NCBI GenBank assembly: GCA_046861645.1
Contig: JBHHUM010000037.1
Coordinates: 1 to 19,797 of the forward strand
Length of the DNA stretch: 19,797 nt
Direction of reading: 5' to 3'
Origin: Fidelibacterota bacterium
Lineage (GTDB): Bacteria > Fidelibacterota > Marinisomatia > Marinisomatales > UBA2128
Position 1 is the stretch's first letter; every line of letters starts with the position of its first letter. The position numbers were made by a program, and so were the translations under genes. Shown piece after piece: positions 1 to 7,706 of this stretch. The notes beneath the pieces are model-generated. The model was not told where the DNA came from and searched no databases. It worked only from the letters and a program-made list of their open reading frames with translations.

Positions 1-758
1 AGTCCATCATTTGTACCGATCCAGAGTTCTCCCGTCTTGGACATCTCTATAGCTTCAACCCAGTTATCGCTGAGGCTGTTGGGATCATTTGGATCGTGTT
101 TATAATGGATAAACCGGTTCTTCTTATATTCGAATTTGTTCAACCCGTTGTACGTACCTATCCAGAGTATTCCTTCTTCTTGAGATATATCTTCAACTAT
201 TGCATTGATGTGGTTATTACCCAGACTATTGGGATTTTCAGGATCATGAGTAAAATGCTTAAACGTCCCGCTCTCCGGATCGAACAGGTTCAGACCGGCA
301 CCATCGAAGGTCCCCACCCAGAACAGTCCATCACGGGTCTTACAGAATTCAACAGATTCATCACTGCTCAGACTTGTGGAATCTTTGGGATTATGCCGGA
401 ATGATGTGAATTGACCTGTCTTCGGATCCAGTTTAGCAATACCTCCAACGCTCATTCCTATCCACAGCATTCCTTCCTCGTCTACATGTAACTCCCACAC
501 ATAGTCAGTACCCATAGAATTGGAATCGGCAGGATCGGACAAGTAATTGGTGAATTCATAGCCATCATATTTTGCAAGTCCACCAGCTGTTCCTAACCAC
601 ATAAATCCATCCTGGTCCTGGGCGAAACTGGTTACATATGGAAAAATGAGTCCTTGTTCTACTCCGATGTGTTCAAATCTGATCTCTTGTGAGAAAAGGG
701 ATACATTAAATAACATGGTGCTTATCAAAATAGAGTGAAATAGAGTGTGGTTTTTCAT
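1..758 (-). CDS. Two-component-regulator propeller (Reg_prop) periplasmic sensor protein, N-terminal part; runs off the left edge
   Basis: Manual minus-strand translation from ATG 758: MKNHTLFHSILISTMLFNVSLFSQEIRFEHIGVEQGL...FAQDQDGFMWLGTAGGLAKYDG...DEEGMLWIG...LFWVGT...ILWIGTYNGLN...ELWIGTNDG. Signal-peptide-like N-terminus and repeated D..G.LWIGT..GL blades; no stop before position 1, which explains its absence from the ORF track. Confidence 0.9.
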   Translation of the reverse strand, partial: MKNHTLFHSILISTMLFNVSLFSQEIRFEHIGVEQGLIFPYVTSFAQDQDGFMWLGTAGGLAKYDGYEFTNYLSDPADSNSMGTDYVWELHVDEEGMLWIGMSVGGIAKLDPKTGQFTSFRHNPKDSTSLSSDESVEFCKTRDGLFWVGTFDGAGLNLFDPESGTFKHFTHDPENPNSLGNNHINAIVEDISQEEGILWIGTYNGLNKFEYKKNRFIHYKHDPNDPNSLSDNWVEAIEMSKTGELWIGTNDG

Positions 759-795
759 CAGTTCTTTTAGCTAAATACTCCCAATCAGACTACAG

Positions 796-824
796 AATTT
801 GTGTATCGGTACTTACAATGTCAA
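796..824 (-). promoter_or_regulatory. Candidate sigma70 promoter for the propeller gene
   Basis: Minus strand TTGACA (824-819) - 17 nt - CAAATT (801-796), ~40 nt upstream of ATG 758. Confidence 0.45.
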
Positions 825-874
825 AACAAAAAGGTATGGGGTGATTTGTATGTTTACCTCACTGTTACCAACTA

Positions 875-896
875 CAGTGTGATCTGAGGCACATAT
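875..896. promoter_or_regulatory. CRP/FNR-family-like binding site
   Basis: CAGTGTGATCTGAGGCACATAT = TGTGA-N6-GCACA, 9/10 core match to TGTGA-N6-TCACA, in the divergent intergenic region. Confidence 0.4.
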
Positions 897-1035
897 GTTT
901 AAAAACGTTGTGGACAGCAGTTAAATGTCTAAACCTTGATTATTAGGTATGATCCGTTGTACCCTTAGGTAAGAAAAAACATAATTAGAAAATTCAAGTC
1001 ATCAGCAAAATCAAGTAAATCAAGGTTCAGATAAG

Positions 1036-1065
1036 TTGACAAAATGATACTACTATATCTACTTT
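1036..1065 (+). promoter_or_regulatory. Candidate sigma70 promoter for the CADD-GNAT-chorismate mutase unit
   Basis: TTGACA (1036-1041) - 18 nt - TACTTT (1060-1065); an alternative TTGCCT-N18-TATTCT lies at 1124-1153. Confidence 0.35.
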
Positions 1066-1204
1066 TTCCTAAAGATGATATCTTTATGGAATGAAGTCAT
1101 TTCAAAAAAACAAAAGAAAGAAATTGCCTGTTATATCACTCTATGACTATTCTAAGAATAGTAATAACCAATATCTTTGCCACTTTAGTACTAAAGGAGC
1201 TTTC

Positions 1205-1948
1205 ATGACAGCATACTCGAACCACACTCCCTACTCATCAGCAGAATTTGTAACACGATTGAAAAATGTAATCGATAGAAACGCCATGCTCTCCCATCCG
1301 TTTTACAAGTTATGGAACGAAGGTAAATTAACCTTGGATATATTGGCTGGATACGCCAGGGAGTATTATGCTCACGTTAAGGCATTCCCTGTTTATGTTA
1401 GTGCTGTCCATTCCCATTGTGATGATATTGCTACCCGACAAATTTTGTTAGACAATCTAATCGAAGAGGAACAAGGTAATGAGAACCATCCCGAATTATG
1501 GTTGAGATTTGCTGAAAGTGTAGGGGTTACCAGATCTGCTGTTATGAGTACCCAGCTATTGGAGAGTACTTTTAACACTGTAACAACACTTAAGGAGATC
1601 ACTCAGGATCAAGATTTTCGTGTTGGTGTAGCCGCCCTCTATTCCTATGAATCTCAGATACCTGAGGTTGCACTTACAAAACGGGAAGGGTTGCAGAAAT
1701 TTTATGGTATAGACGATGACAAAAGTATATCCTTTTTCACTGTTCACGAAGAAGCTGACTTTTTTCATCGAAAATCCGAATTGGACATCCTCAAGAAATG
1801 GTGTACAACACTTGAATCACAAGAGAAAGTTATTCGATCTGCCGAAATAGCTTCCCTGGCCCTACTGGAATTTCTCGATGGTATTTATGATGCCTTTATT
1901 GTCGGGAATAATGAGATTGAAGAGGTACTAGAGTTTGCAGCAGCATAG
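1205..1948 (+). CDS. CADD-family heme-oxygenase-like dimetal oxidase (TenA/PqqC fold), probable self-sacrificing 4-aminobenzoate (pABA) synthase
   Basis: Motifs MLSHPFYKLW..G.L, YAREYYAHVKAFP.YVSAVHS.CDD, LLDNLIEEE...NH..LW, GVAALYSYESQIP, TKREGL, FTVHEEAD..H closely match Chlamydia CADD as I recall it. Start placed at ATG 1205 (SD AAGGAG 1194-1199) rather than 1091; 247 aa. Confidence 0.9.
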   Translation: MTAYSNHTPYSSAEFVTRLKNVIDRNAMLSHPFYKLWNEGKLTLDILAGYAREYYAHVKAFPVYVSAVHSHCDDIATRQILLDNLIEEEQGNENHPELWLRFAESVGVTRSAVMSTQLLESTFNTVTTLKEITQDQDFRVGVAALYSYESQIPEVALTKREGLQKFYGIDDDKSISFFTVHEEADFFHRKSELDILKKWCTTLESQEKVIRSAEIASLALLEFLDGIYDAFIVGNNEIEEVLEFAAA

Positions 1949-2573
1949 TAAACCAGAACAGATGATTCTGGAAATTGCCGAAACCTCCCGGTCCAGGGTG
2001 ATCGCCTCTTCCTCACTTAATTTTCAGATAGAGCTTATAGAGCACGTGGGCGAAGAAGATATCCCCCAGCTAATTTTGATTTCCCAACACTTAGAAGACG
2101 AATTTGATGAATCAGCTCGGTTAACAAAATCGAGCATACGTAAATACTTTAACTATCCTTACACTTTACCCTTTATTGCTCGACACCATGGAGAAATCAT
2201 TGGTTTTATCATAGGTGTACCCTTAGAGTATTTCTCCAATGATCCGTCATTTCAATGCGATGAAAATATTGGAGCTAAAAACACACTTTATACTTATGCT
2301 TTTGTTGTCATGGCCAAGTTTAAAGGCAATGGTTACGCCAAAACACTTAAAAGGGTCTATTTAAGTTGGGCTAAGAAAAAAGGATTTAAATATGTTACTG
2401 GACATGTCCAAGAAGGTGTCTCCAAGCGGTTCACCGGTGATATAAGAATTTTAGCTCGGTTTGAAAATTGGCACGGGACTAACAAGACCTTTGAGTACTA
2501 TCGTCGAACTATCCAACCTGCCGGTCACGCTCAAATCATAAGCAAAGACCCGCCTTTAGTTTCCAAAATATAG
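1935..2573 (+). CDS. GNAT-family N-acetyltransferase
   Basis: FIARHHGEIIGFIIG strand, motif A-like YAFVVMAKFKGNGYAKTL, then WAKKKGFKYV. TTG start with GAGGT ~8 nt upstream, overlapping the CADD 3' end; ATG 1962 is an alternative start. Confidence 0.75.
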   Translation: MQQHSKPEQMILEIAETSRSRVIASSSLNFQIELIEHVGEEDIPQLILISQHLEDEFDESARLTKSSIRKYFNYPYTLPFIARHHGEIIGFIIGVPLEYFSNDPSFQCDENIGAKNTLYTYAFVVMAKFKGNGYAKTLKRVYLSWAKKKGFKYVTGHVQEGVSKRFTGDIRILARFENWHGTNKTFEYYRRTIQPAGHAQIISKDPPLVSKI

Positions 2574-2589
2574 GACTTAATCACTACCA

Positions 2590-2886
2590 ATGAATCTGAC
2601 CAAACAAATGAGTATGCTTAGACGTCAGATTGATGACATCGATGATCAGCTCTGTAAACTTATTATTAAGCGAATTGAACTCGGAAGAGAAATTGGGGAA
2701 GTCAAGTCAAATCTGGGTTTGCCCCTTAAGGATGAACAACGGGAAAACGAAATAATTAGAAGAGTCATTCGATTAACAGATGGGTACATAAGCCGTAAGG
2801 ATGTAACACGAATATTCAATGAGATCATAAAGGCCACCAAGCGAACTCATTTACTCAAAAGCAAGAAAACTGATAAGGAAAATTGA
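2590..2886 (+). CDS. Monofunctional chorismate mutase, type II (AroQ class)
   Basis: LRRQIDDIDDQL..LI.KR.ELGREIG.VK....LPLKD.QRENEII is the CM_2 signature; 98 aa. Confidence 0.88.
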   Translation: MNLTKQMSMLRRQIDDIDDQLCKLIIKRIELGREIGEVKSNLGLPLKDEQRENEIIRRVIRLTDGYISRKDVTRIFNEIIKATKRTHLLKSKKTDKEN

Positions 2887-2905
2887 CGTTCCAACTACAA
2901 AAGTC

Positions 2906-2934
2906 TTGCACTGCTGCGTCAAATAGTTTAATAT
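2906..2934 (+). promoter_or_regulatory. Candidate promoter of the aromatic supra-operon leader
   Basis: TTGCAC (2906-2911) - 17 nt - TAATAT (2929-2934), 9 nt before the leader ATG. Confidence 0.6.
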
Positions 2935-2943
2935 CGCCGCAAC

Positions 2944-3018
2944 ATGAAACAGACAGATAACCGAATTTTCAGCTACTACTGGTATTTTACTAAGGAGGGG
3001 TTGGTCCAGCGACCTTAG
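2944..3018 (+). CDS. Attenuator leader peptide MKQTDNRIFSYYWYFTKEGLVQRP (24 aa; Phe/Tyr/Trp control codons)
   Basis: ATG 2944 to TAG 3018. Codons TTC AGC TAC TAC TGG TAT TTT (2968-2988) give 6 aromatic residues in 7. Lies between a promoter and a terminator directly upstream of trpE. Confidence 0.85.
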   Translation: MKQTDNRIFSYYWYFTKEGLVQRP

Positions 3019-3046
3019 GCGATACCGCTATATTTGCTGAGATTTC

Positions 3047-3073
3047 AACCCCGCTCTTTAGCGGGGTTTTTTT
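3047..3073 (+). terminator. Intrinsic attenuator terminator upstream of trpE
   Basis: Stem AACCCCGCT (3047-3055) / AGCGGGGTT (3060-3068), loop CTTT, T7 run 3067-3073. Competing antiterminator GGGGTTG (2997-3003) : CAACCCC (3046-3052). Confidence 0.9.
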
Positions 3074-3088
3074 ATCTGGTAAAAAACA

Positions 3089-4564
3089 ATGAGAAGAATG
3101 GAAAAAGACGAGTTCCTACAACTGGCCGAGAAGTACAGAACGGTTCCTGTTTACCAGAGAGTACTGGCGGATTTGATCACTCCCGTATCAACCTATATGA
3201 GCCTCCAAAGAGATTTCCCCTATGCCTTTATACTCGAGTCAGTAGAGAAGGGTAAACAATATTCACGATACTCTTATGTAGGATTTAACCCCAAGTTGGT
3301 TCTTGAATATAGAGCAGGCATAACAACTGTACATAGCGCGGAAGGAAAAGAGAATAAAAACGAACCGTTCCTCTCTCTTCTCCGCAGTACAATGGCTAAC
3401 TATTCAACTCCAAAACTACCTGGGCTACCTTCATTCTCTGGTGGTCTAGTTGGATACTTTGGCTACGAAACGATTACCTTGGTAGAGGATGTACCCATCA
3501 GATCCCAGGGAGATAATGGGGTACCCGAAGCCTTGTTTATGCTATTCGAAGAATTGATAGCATTCGATCACCTGAAAGGACAACTCGTCATATTCTTTAA
3601 TGTCTCTCTTGATGAGAACACCGATTTAGATGATGCCTTTGCTCATGCTCACGAGTGCATTGATACAACTCGAAAGAGACTGCAAACAAATATTCATTCT
3701 CAAACTCCCGTTAAGGTTGAGCAGAGTAAACTCTATTCGAACTTTACTAAATCCCAGTTTTCTACCGCTGTAAAAAAGGCAAAGGACTATATCACTGCTG
3801 GTGATGCTTTCCAGATTGTCCTCAGTCAACGATTTCATCGTCATACATCAGTAAAGCCTATTATTCTTTACCGGGCACTACGCACCGTCAACCCATCTCC
3901 ATATATGTTTCACCTGAAGCTCAATGACTTCGATATAATCGGTGCATCACCTGAACTTCTCGTAAAGGTAACCGATGATTTAGTGGAGGTTCGACCCATA
4001 GCCGGTACTCGTTCTAGAGGGAAGACACCTGAGGAAGATATCGTTATCGCTAAAGAATTATTAACTGATGAAAAAGAAAAAGCCGAACACCTCATGCTCC
4101 TCGATCTCGGCCGCAATGATGTAGGACGTGTAGCAGAATTCGGATCCGTCCACGTGGATGAATATATGGTTGTGGAAAATTACTCCCATGTCATGCATAT
4201 CGTCTCCGACGTGAAAGGAAAACTGAACGGTAAACACGATGCTCTTGATGCTCTGATGAATGCCTTTCCAGCCGGAACCACTACTGGCGCCCCAAAAATT
4301 CGTGCCATGGAAATTATCTATGAGCTGGAGCCAACCCACCGCGGTATCTATTCGGGAGCCGTGGGGTATCTCGATTTCTGTGGCGACCTGAACACCTGTA
4401 TCGCTATTCGCACGATGATCATGAAAGATGGGCTGGTTTTCTTCCAGTCCGGAGCAGGTATCGTTTATGATTCCGATCCCCAAAAAGAGTATGAAGAAAC
4501 AGTTAGCAAAGCAGAAGCAATAATGAGCGCCATTGACTTTTCAGAAAGAGGTCTTATTTCCTGA
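3089..4564 (+). CDS. trpE: Anthranilate synthase component I
   Basis: FILES and NPSPYM Trp-feedback motifs, GASPE, PIAGTR, EKAEHLMLLDLGRND, GAPKIRAMEII; first gene of the trp block. Confidence 0.95.
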   Translation: MRRMEKDEFLQLAEKYRTVPVYQRVLADLITPVSTYMSLQRDFPYAFILESVEKGKQYSRYSYVGFNPKLVLEYRAGITTVHSAEGKENKNEPFLSLLRSTMANYSTPKLPGLPSFSGGLVGYFGYETITLVEDVPIRSQGDNGVPEALFMLFEELIAFDHLKGQLVIFFNVSLDENTDLDDAFAHAHECIDTTRKRLQTNIHSQTPVKVEQSKLYSNFTKSQFSTAVKKAKDYITAGDAFQIVLSQRFHRHTSVKPIILYRALRTVNPSPYMFHLKLNDFDIIGASPELLVKVTDDLVEVRPIAGTRSRGKTPEEDIVIAKELLTDEKEKAEHLMLLDLGRNDVGRVAEFGSVHVDEYMVVENYSHVMHIVSDVKGKLNGKHDALDALMNAFPAGTTTGAPKIRAMEIIYELEPTHRGIYSGAVGYLDFCGDLNTCIAIRTMIMKDGLVFFQSGAGIVYDSDPQKEYEETVSKAEAIMSAIDFSERGLIS

Positions 4565-5169
4565 TGATCCTGGTATTAGACAACTATGATTCATTCACCT
4601 ACAATCTGGTCCAGGCTTTAGGATCGTTAGACAGCAACATTACAGTTGTTCGTAACGATGAGATAACCAATTTGGAAATCAGAAACATGAATCCAAACAG
4701 GATCGTGATCTCACCCGGTCCAGGACGACCTGAAAACGCGGGTCTTTCAGTTGAAGTCATCCGAGTATTCGGTAGTCAGATACCTATACTTGGTGTCTGT
4801 CTTGGACATCAGGCTATTACCGTAGCTTTTGAGGGAAAAGTGATACCTGCGCCGGAAATTTTACATGGAAAAACTTCCCACATCATCCACAATGGGACCC
4901 CCCTTTTTAAAAATGTGGAATCACCTCTGATAGCTACCCGTTATCATTCTCTTATGATTGAAAGAGAATCTCTTCCATCGTGTTTGAAAATTATAGCAGA
5001 AACTGAAACTGGAATGATTATGGCCGTGAAACATAAAGAGTGGCCCGTTTACGGTGTCCAGTTCCATCCTGAATCCATCGCCACCAAGACAGGAACAATG
5101 ATCCTTGAAAACTTTCTATCAATAGAGACTGAGTACCTTTCTAAAAATCATAAGGAGTTTTTATCATGA
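4564..5169 (+). CDS. trpG: Anthranilate synthase component II (glutamine amidotransferase)
   Basis: DNYDSFTYNL, ISPGPG, GVCLGHQ, RYHSL, GVQFHPES; TGATG overlap with trpE. Confidence 0.95.
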   Translation: MILVLDNYDSFTYNLVQALGSLDSNITVVRNDEITNLEIRNMNPNRIVISPGPGRPENAGLSVEVIRVFGSQIPILGVCLGHQAITVAFEGKVIPAPEILHGKTSHIIHNGTPLFKNVESPLIATRYHSLMIERESLPSCLKIIAETETGMIMAVKHKEWPVYGVQFHPESIATKTGTMILENFLSIETEYLSKNHKEFLS

Positions 5170-5279
5170 AAACCCAATCCATAATGACCAACATAAATAG
5201 GTCCAAGAAAAGATCGGCTTCGCATTTAAAATCTTACATCGACGTACTTCATTTAATTATTCACATCTTTCATAAATGA
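5166..5279 (+). CDS. Small ORF of unknown function, 37 aa (MKTQSIMTNINRSKKRSASHLKSYIDVLHLIIHIFHK)
   Basis: ATGA overlap with the trpG stop and strong SD TAAGGAG (5151-5157) 8 nt upstream; fills most of the trpG-trpD gap. Confidence 0.45.
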   Translation: MKTQSIMTNINRSKKRSASHLKSYIDVLHLIIHIFHK

Positions 5280-5304
5280 TAATTAGTAGAGATGTGAGGT
5301 AGCT

Positions 5305-6303
5305 GTGAAAGAAATATTGGAACAACTTCTTGACAGACAGGACCTGTCACGAAATCAAGCGCAACAGGTTATGAAGAGAATAATGTCTGGTGAGTTCAAT
5401 GATGCTCAGATTGCTGGCTTCCTAATGACCTTACGGGCAAAAGGTGAAACGGTAGAAGAAATTACAGGTTTCACATCAGCCATGCGCGAAAAGATGATTT
5501 CCGTAGATATTGATTCTCCCGCCATAGACATGTGTGGTACAGGTGGCGATGCAAAAGGGACATTCAATATTTCTACAGCAGCATCTTTTGTAGTTGTCGG
5601 AGCAGGTATCAAAGTAGCCAAACATGGTAATCGGTCCATGACTTCTAAATCTGGCTCAGCTGATGTCCTGCAGGCACTAAAGGTTCCCATTGACAAAACA
5701 GCAGAAGAGATTGCTCAAGACATTGAATCCATTGGGCTCGGTTTCATCTTCGCCCCGGTTTTTCACCCTGCCATGAAGTATGCCATTGGCGCCCGAAAAG
5801 CTTTAGCCACCAGAACCATATTCAATATTCTTGGTCCTCTCTGCAATCCAGCCCATGTAAAAGCTCAGGCTATGGGAATCTTTCATGCTGATCTGACGGA
5901 ACTACAGGTAAAAGTATTGAAGGAGTTAGGATCAACAGACGTTATGGTTTTCCACGGTCGGGATGGACTTGACGAGATATCCACCACTACTACTACACAG
6001 GTAAGTCAGATGCATGAGAGTAGTGAGATTAGAACCTACGAGTTAGACGCTCAAGCTCTCGGATTACCCCGGGCAACACTACAAGATCTGGTTGGTGGAA
6101 CTCCAGAGGAAAACGCCGGCATAATACAGGAAATCCTGTCTGGAGAAAAAGGTCCGAAAAGGGACATTGTTTTGCTGAATGCCGCGGCAGGGATTGTAGT
6201 CGGTGGCAAAGCTGATAACCTGGAAACAGGTCTCACGTTAGCTGCGGAATCAATTGACTCCGGTGCCGGAAAAAATATTCTGAATCAGTTGGCTTTAACA
6301 TGA
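5305..6303 (+). CDS. trpD: Anthranilate phosphoribosyltransferase
   Basis: DMCGTGGD, FNIST, KHGNRS..SKSGSADVL, FHPAMK, GLDEIS; GTG start with GAGGT SD. Confidence 0.97.
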   Translation: MKEILEQLLDRQDLSRNQAQQVMKRIMSGEFNDAQIAGFLMTLRAKGETVEEITGFTSAMREKMISVDIDSPAIDMCGTGGDAKGTFNISTAASFVVVGAGIKVAKHGNRSMTSKSGSADVLQALKVPIDKTAEEIAQDIESIGLGFIFAPVFHPAMKYAIGARKALATRTIFNILGPLCNPAHVKAQAMGIFHADLTELQVKVLKELGSTDVMVFHGRDGLDEISTTTTTQVSQMHESSEIRTYELDAQALGLPRATLQDLVGGTPEENAGIIQEILSGEKGPKRDIVLLNAAAGIVVGGKADNLETGLTLAAESIDSGAGKNILNQLALT

Positions 6304-7076
6304 AAAATATTCTGGACGAAATAATAGACCATAAGCGAAAAGAGGTACAACTTACCTCCGTTCTTAATCCTTTATCCTACGATCGATCATCTGCATTAAA
6401 ATTTAGGTCTCTCGCCACAGCATTATCAACACCGGGCATCCAGGTCATTGCCGAGATCAAACTGAAATCTCCCAGCTCTGGTGATATTCAGACTGAAGTA
6501 AATCCCGTGAAAATTGCTCAAGATTACGAAAGTGCTGGGGCTGCAGCTATCTCTGTACTAACCGATAATAAATATTTTGGTGGTAACCTGGAAATTCTTC
6601 GTCAGGTACGTCAGTCAGTTTCAATCCCTGTCTTGCGGAAGGATTTCATTATCTCAGATTACCAGCTCTACGAATCGGCAGAGGCAGGTGCAGATGCCAT
6701 TCTCCTCATCGCCGAAGCCCTGACAAATGAAAAGATGTTTCAGTTATATTCATTGGCTCAAAATCTTGGGCTCGATGTTCTGGTTGAGTTTCACTCCTCC
6801 AGGTATCTTCCTCTTATCTCTGACCTGAATCCAGGAATCGTAGGCCTGAATTGCCGCGACTTAACGACTATGACTGTGGATTTAAAACGTTTTGAGTTAC
6901 TACTCGATGATCTTCCTAAGGATGCTATTAATGTAGCGGAGAGCGGGATTTACACTGCTGCTGACTTGAAGTATGTGTCCAGACTGGGTTATAACGCAGC
7001 TCTGATTGGAACTTCGCTGATGAAAACTCATGACCCGGGAGCTACCCTTAAACAGTTGTTGGAGACACACAAGTGA
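6300..7076 (+). CDS. trpC: Indole-3-glycerol phosphate synthase
   Basis: IAEIKLKSPS.G, ISVLTD..YFGG, LRKDFII..YQ, GADAILLI, AESGI. Confidence 0.96.
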   Translation: MKNILDEIIDHKRKEVQLTSVLNPLSYDRSSALKFRSLATALSTPGIQVIAEIKLKSPSSGDIQTEVNPVKIAQDYESAGAAAISVLTDNKYFGGNLEILRQVRQSVSIPVLRKDFIISDYQLYESAEAGADAILLIAEALTNEKMFQLYSLAQNLGLDVLVEFHSSRYLPLISDLNPGIVGLNCRDLTTMTVDLKRFELLLDDLPKDAINVAESGIYTAADLKYVSRLGYNAALIGTSLMKTHDPGATLKQLLETHK

Positions 7077-7705
7077 TTCCAGTAAAGATATGCGGTATTA
7101 CCAATCCTGATGATGCCCTTTATGCAGCAAATGTAGGTGCTTCAGCAGTGGGTTTCATCTTTTTTAAGAAAAGTCCCCGAGCTATTTCTCTGCTAAAAGC
7201 TTCTAAAATTACCAGTGTCCTCTCCCCTAAACTGAAGAAAGTAGGAGTATTTGTAAACCACAGTCGAGATTTTATTGAAAAAGCCATCCGTTTTGTTCCC
7301 TTGGATATAATTCAACTCCACGGTAAGGAAACTCCCGAGTTTTGCTCAGGATTTTCAGTTCCTGTAATTAAGGCTTTTCGCCTTAAAAATAGAGATACAC
7401 TTTCTACGATAAATGACTTTGCTGTACACGCTTTTTTAGTGGACACGTGGCAGGATGGAGAATTCGGTGGTACGGGAAAAACATTCGATTGGTCACTACT
7501 CAACAATTACTCGGGAGAGATACCTATGATCCTCTCAGGTGGTCTTAATCCGGAAAATGTCCTGGAGGCTGTGAAAGCAGTTCGACCAGCAGCAATAGAC
7601 ATCAACAGTGGGGTAGAAACGCTACCCGGCCAAAAGAATAAACATAAACTGTGGGCACTCTTTCAACAAATCAAGGCTACAGAAAACACTGGATTTCAAT
7701 TCTAA
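7073..7705 (+). CDS. trpF: Phosphoribosylanthranilate isomerase
   Basis: [44 protein letters not shown]. Confidence 0.96.
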   Translation: MIPVKICGITNPDDALYAANVGASAVGFIFFKKSPRAISLLKASKITSVLSPKLKKVGVFVNHSRDFIEKAIRFVPLDIIQLHGKETPEFCSGFSVPVIKAFRLKNRDTLSTINDFAVHAFLVDTWQDGEFGGTGKTFDWSLLNNYSGEIPMILSGGLNPENVLEAVKAVRPAAIDINSGVETLPGQKNKHKLWALFQQIKATENTGFQF

Positions 7706-7706
7706 G

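Noticed and set aside
96..404. 102-aa plus-strand ORF in the track
   Set aside because: Antisense shadow of the minus-strand propeller gene.
1091..1204. 38-aa N-terminal extension of the CADD ORF
   Set aside because: No CADD similarity, AT-rich promoter-like sequence; ATG 1205 has a clear SD.
2941..3088. T-box riboswitch or TRAP-binding site upstream of trpE
   Set aside because: No T-box motif (AAGGTGGTACCGC-like), leader too short for stem I, and no (G/U)AG-N2 repeat array.
3034..3255. 73-aa ORF across the attenuator and trpE start
   Set aside because: Runs through the terminator and overlaps trpE out of frame; the 2944-3018 ORF has the position and codons expected of the leader.
3089..5169. 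trpE/trpG as pabB/pabA
   Set aside because: Trp-feedback motifs and position at the head of trpDCFBA favour anthranilate synthase; a shared role of TrpG cannot be excluded.
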